Below, piece after piece: positions 61,264 through 64,000 of a stretch of DNA of 64,000 bases; the first letter of the stretch is position 1, and each line of letters opens with the position of its first letter. This DNA is from Candidatus Levyibacteriota bacterium (GTDB taxonomy: Bacteria > Patescibacteriota > Microgenomatia > Levybacterales > UBA12049): assembly GCA_963722305.1 (NCBI GenBank), contig CAVRKE010000001.1, positions 501,549-565,548 on the forward strand, in the 5' to 3' direction. The position numbers and the translations under genes were made by a program. The notes under the pieces are model-generated. The model was not told the DNA's origin. It was given only the letters and a program-made list of their open reading frames with translations, and did no database searches.

Positions 61264-61683
61264 ATGACCAGTAAAAAAGTTTATATCGCACCCAGCGCTT
61301 TTTACGCTCTAATTGACCGTGCCCATCCAAAACACGATCAGTCAGCGGCTTTCTTCCGGTTTTGCGCCGAGCAAAAATACATGCTATTTACCGATACAAA
61401 CACCTTAATCGAGGCTTATAATCATGTCTATATGGAAATTAGTCCTTCCCTGGCTAAAGACTTTTTGCGCACGATTTTTTTAGGCAACATTAACATTATT
61501 TACCCCGAAGAAAGCGACATTAAAGCCGCTTTGAAAACCTTAATCAATTACCAATCAACCGAGTTAACTTTTTCCCAAGCGCTGCGGGCAGTTTTGGCAA
61601 ATAGGCGCGGCGTTACGCAAGTGTTTACTTTTGATTACTTGCATCCGTTATTTGGTTTAAGCGTTTTCTATCTGCCGATATGA
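61264..61683 (+). CDS. PIN-domain-like protein (two of four canonical acidic residues substituted)
   Basis: The C-terminal TFSQALRAVLANRRGVTQVFTFDYLHPLFGL matches the PIN pattern (sf.Da..la.A.r.g...v.TfD.df). The first-strand Asp is Ala (VYIAPSAF), and the third acidic position is Gln. Confidence 0.5.
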   Translation: MTSKKVYIAPSAFYALIDRAHPKHDQSAAFFRFCAEQKYMLFTDTNTLIEAYNHVYMEISPSLAKDFLRTIFLGNINIIYPEESDIKAALKTLINYQSTELTFSQALRAVLANRRGVTQVFTFDYLHPLFGLSVFYLPI

Positions 61684-64000
61684 GAATAAATCAAAAAATT
61701 AAATTAACAAGCATGCTGCTCGGTTTAGCTCTTATTCTTTTAGCTTTCTTAATGGCTTTTTCCCAAAATTCAGCCTCATTACCAAGCTTTTCCGCTCCAA
61801 ACTTTATCACTAACGCTTCGGGAAATTATGTGGCTAAAAATAGTATTTTTGAAGCTATTTTCCCTGGCCAAAGCCGTGAACCGATAACCATAACTAAAGA
61901 TAAAAGCCTTTCGTTTACTCTGGCTAACGCCCAAGCCACGCAGGCCAAAGTTGATGGCAATAAAATCCTTTACGCAAATGCTTATTCATCCTCAAACATT
62001 GTATATCAAACTATAAATAATGGTATCAAAGAATCAATCATTCTACTGTCTAATACTAACATTCCCGATGAATTTTCCTATAATTTTAATGCCCAGGATT
62101 TAAAGGCAGAACTTGCCAACGACAACAGCATTGAGTTTACGCAAATTTCCAATGAGCCGGCCAAAGATATTCCCGTTTCCGACGGAACAGTTATAAAAGC
62201 AAACCAGGCAGTAAATTATTTGCCGGAACATCCGGTCCGTTTTAAAATTGCCCCCCCGATTATGATTGATGCTAAAGGCCAAAAATCACAAGTCTCGGAC
62301 GTAAAAGTAATCTTGGGCAAAAACTCTTTAACCCTTATCCCTAACAAGGACTGGCTGAAGAAAGCGACTTTCCCGGTTACCCTGGACCCAACAGTCGAAA
62401 CGACTCCTCAGATTGTCAAAGAATTGGCAAACAAAAGAACCGAAACTTCCAAAGAATTCCTCAATGACGACGGCTCATATACCTCCGTCATTTATCAAAA
62501 CCCTATCCAATATAAAGACGGTAATACTTACAAAGACATTGACAGAACTTTTCGACTGTCCGATGACCCGAGCTACAAGTACCAGGTTAAAACCGGGATT
62601 TATATTGCCAGACTAAAAAAGACTCTCAGTGGTCAAAGCGATATTGAACTGGATTTTGGCGGCAGCAGCCTTGGCCTTTCTCCCCTTTCGATCGGCTGGG
62701 ATAACGGCGACAACCTGGGAACAGTAAAAGCGGTTGAGGGCAAGATTTCCGGCGACGGGTCATCTGTCACCTACTCAAGTTTGTTTGGCATCCAAGGTGT
62801 TGATCTACAAGCCACTTATGACAATGAGAAATTTTTGAAAGAAACCGTTATCAATGACCCACAAGCTATTCAGGCGCAAAATCATACTAATGATAATTTG
62901 GAAATAAACTTTGCCCTGACTATTCCATCCGACGTTGACTTAAGGGTGAACGGTAAAACTTGGGATAAAACTTCCACCGTTGAAACCCAGGATACAATTG
63001 GCGTTTTTAAAAACGGTGTCGAAATTTCCGACCTTCGCAAAGCCATTGTCTATGGCGCAAGCAAAGACCCGACAAATTTAAATAACATTCAAATCATTAC
63101 CATTAGGCTAGCCAAAGTCGGCAATCAGTTAATCTTAACCAAAATCATTTCCGGAAACTGGCTTTCAAACGCAATATATCCTGTCCGCACCGACACCACC
63201 GACACCATCTACGCTGATACAACCGACGGAGAAGTAGATAGTTACAGCGCTAGCGGTAGCTTTGAGAATGCGCGTAATGGTATAGGGGATGCCACATTTT
63301 TCGGTTCGTCGACAGTTACGACCGCTACGATAGGTCAATTTTGGGAAGTTACTATTTCTAACGTCTATGACGTATATCAATACTTTGTACAATTTAATAC
63401 CTCCGGCATAGGAACAGATACGATTAGTTCGGCCACCTTTTCTTTATATGGGGATGGAGCTAATACTGCTCGAGACTGGACTATTGAAGTAAGAGTCGAT
63501 GACTGGGGACCGTCCTTAGACATCGGTATGCCCGATTTTGTAGCCGGCACAAGTCTTGGCGGACTGACACTTGTCGCCCACTGGGATCCTTACACCTCCG
63601 GTTGGCCTACGAATGCCTATACTGATTTTACCGACGACGCAATGGCCGCTAATATCAATAAGAACGGACAGACCCGATTAATGCTTGACAGTAGTCGGGT
63701 GCGCCTCGACCAACCTTATGTTTATCCTTCGGGCGAGACAGCAGATTTTTATACCGCCGATCAAGCCGGCACTTCACAGGATCCGAAACTGACCATTGTA
63801 CATTCGTCCAGCAACCCAATTCCACCTTCCAGTCCTTCCAGTAGTACTTATACCTTGATCGACTATGGTTTTGGCTCGGGCGGAACCGCCAATTCCAGCG
63901 ACGGAACATACCAACTTTACGCGATTTCCGGGGAAATCGAATCTGCTAGTCCAAGCTCGCTAAATTACGGCTTGTTGCCGGGATTAACCTATACTCTCCA
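61680..64000 (+). CDS. Large secreted protein, 5' partial (>773 aa, continues past the window end)
   Basis: The ATG at 61680 overlaps the PIN stop (ATGA). I translated the frame by hand from about 62640 to 64000 and found no stop. N-terminal signal/anchor LTSMLLGLALILLAFLMAFS. Recurrent module ends read (F/Y)PV(T/R).D(P/T)T. It is absent from the ORF track because no stop lies in the window. Confidence 0.75.
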   Translation, partial: MRINQKIKLTSMLLGLALILLAFLMAFSQNSASLPSFSAPNFITNASGNYVAKNSIFEAIFPGQSREPITITKDKSLSFTLANAQATQAKVDGNKILYANAYSSSNIVYQTINNGIKESIILLSNTNIPDEFSYNFNAQDLKAELANDNSIEFTQISNEPAKDIPVSDGTVIKANQAVNYLPEHPVRFKIAPPIMIDAKGQKSQVSDVKVILGKNSLTLIPNKDWLKKATFPVTLDPTVETTPQIVKELANKRTETSKEFLNDDGSYTSVIYQNPIQYKDGNTYKDIDRTFRLSDDPSYKYQVKTGIYIARLKKTLSGQSDIELDFGGSSLGLSPLSIGWDNGDNLGTVKAVEGKISGDGSSVTYSSLFGIQGVDLQATYDNEKFLKETVINDPQAIQAQNHTNDNLEINFALTIPSDVDLRVNGKTWDKTSTVETQDTIGVFKNGVEISDLRKAIVYGASKDPTNLNNIQIITIRLAKVGNQLILTKIISGNWLSNAIYPVRTDTTDTIYADTTDGEVDSYSASGSFENARNGIGDATFFGSSTVTTATIGQFWEVTISNVYDVYQYFVQFNTSGIGTDTISSATFSLYGDGANTARDWTIEVRVDDWGPSLDIGMPDFVAGTSLGGLTLVAHWDPYTSGWPTNAYTDFTDDAMAANINKNGQTRLMLDSSRVRLDQPYVYPSGETADFYTADQAGTSQDPKLTIVHSSSNPIPPSSPSSSTYTLIDYGFGSGGTANSSDGTYQLYAISGEIESASPSSLNYGLLPGLTYTL

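Overview
The gene content suggests a small-genome, AT-leaning bacterium of the Candidate Phyla Radiation / Patescibacteria type. This is inferred from type IV pilin pairs, extended ribosomal proteins, giant surface proteins, a four-helix-bundle remnant and almost no biosynthesis genes; no database search was possible. The housekeeping backbone is mreB ... mreC-mreD-mrdA, an O-antigen-ligase/TPR protein, two convergent def genes, fmt, rpmB, an S2P protease, a tRNA-Thr/Tyr/Thr-rpmG-tRNA-Trp cluster, mgtA, PAP2, galU, and secE-nusG-rplK-rplA ... rplJ-rplL. It is heavily interrupted. There are five IS copies, with boundaries and target duplications read directly from the sequence: two identical 1232-bp IS3-family copies, two copies of an 852-bp IS1595-family element, a second IS1595-type transposase and one IS30. 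One IS3 copy sits inside an IS1595 transposase gene and the other inside an alpha/beta-hydrolase gene. Many single-gene inserts of unknown function each carry their own TTGACA-N17-TAnAAT promoter. Main findings: (1) a tRNA-Trp(CCA) gene is split in its anticodon loop by a 176-nt helical insert that carries a second complete tRNA-Trp(CCA); (2) a 36-codon upstream ORF copies the first 16 residues of L11 with only synonymous differences and stops 1 nt before the rplK GTG; (3) an ~8-kb island splits rplKA from rplJL and holds a ketopantoate-reductase-like/PlsC-like fusion, a frameshifted GHKL-like/HExxH gene, a replication-relaxation-like gene and an IS; (4) a fused AccD-AccA carboxyltransferase is wedged into the mre cluster; (5) promoter geometry predicts pervasive leaderless transcripts; (6) a 3017-aa surface protein has a 14-bp hairpin abutting its start codon. 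All domain calls rest on motifs read by eye and need HMM or BLAST confirmation.
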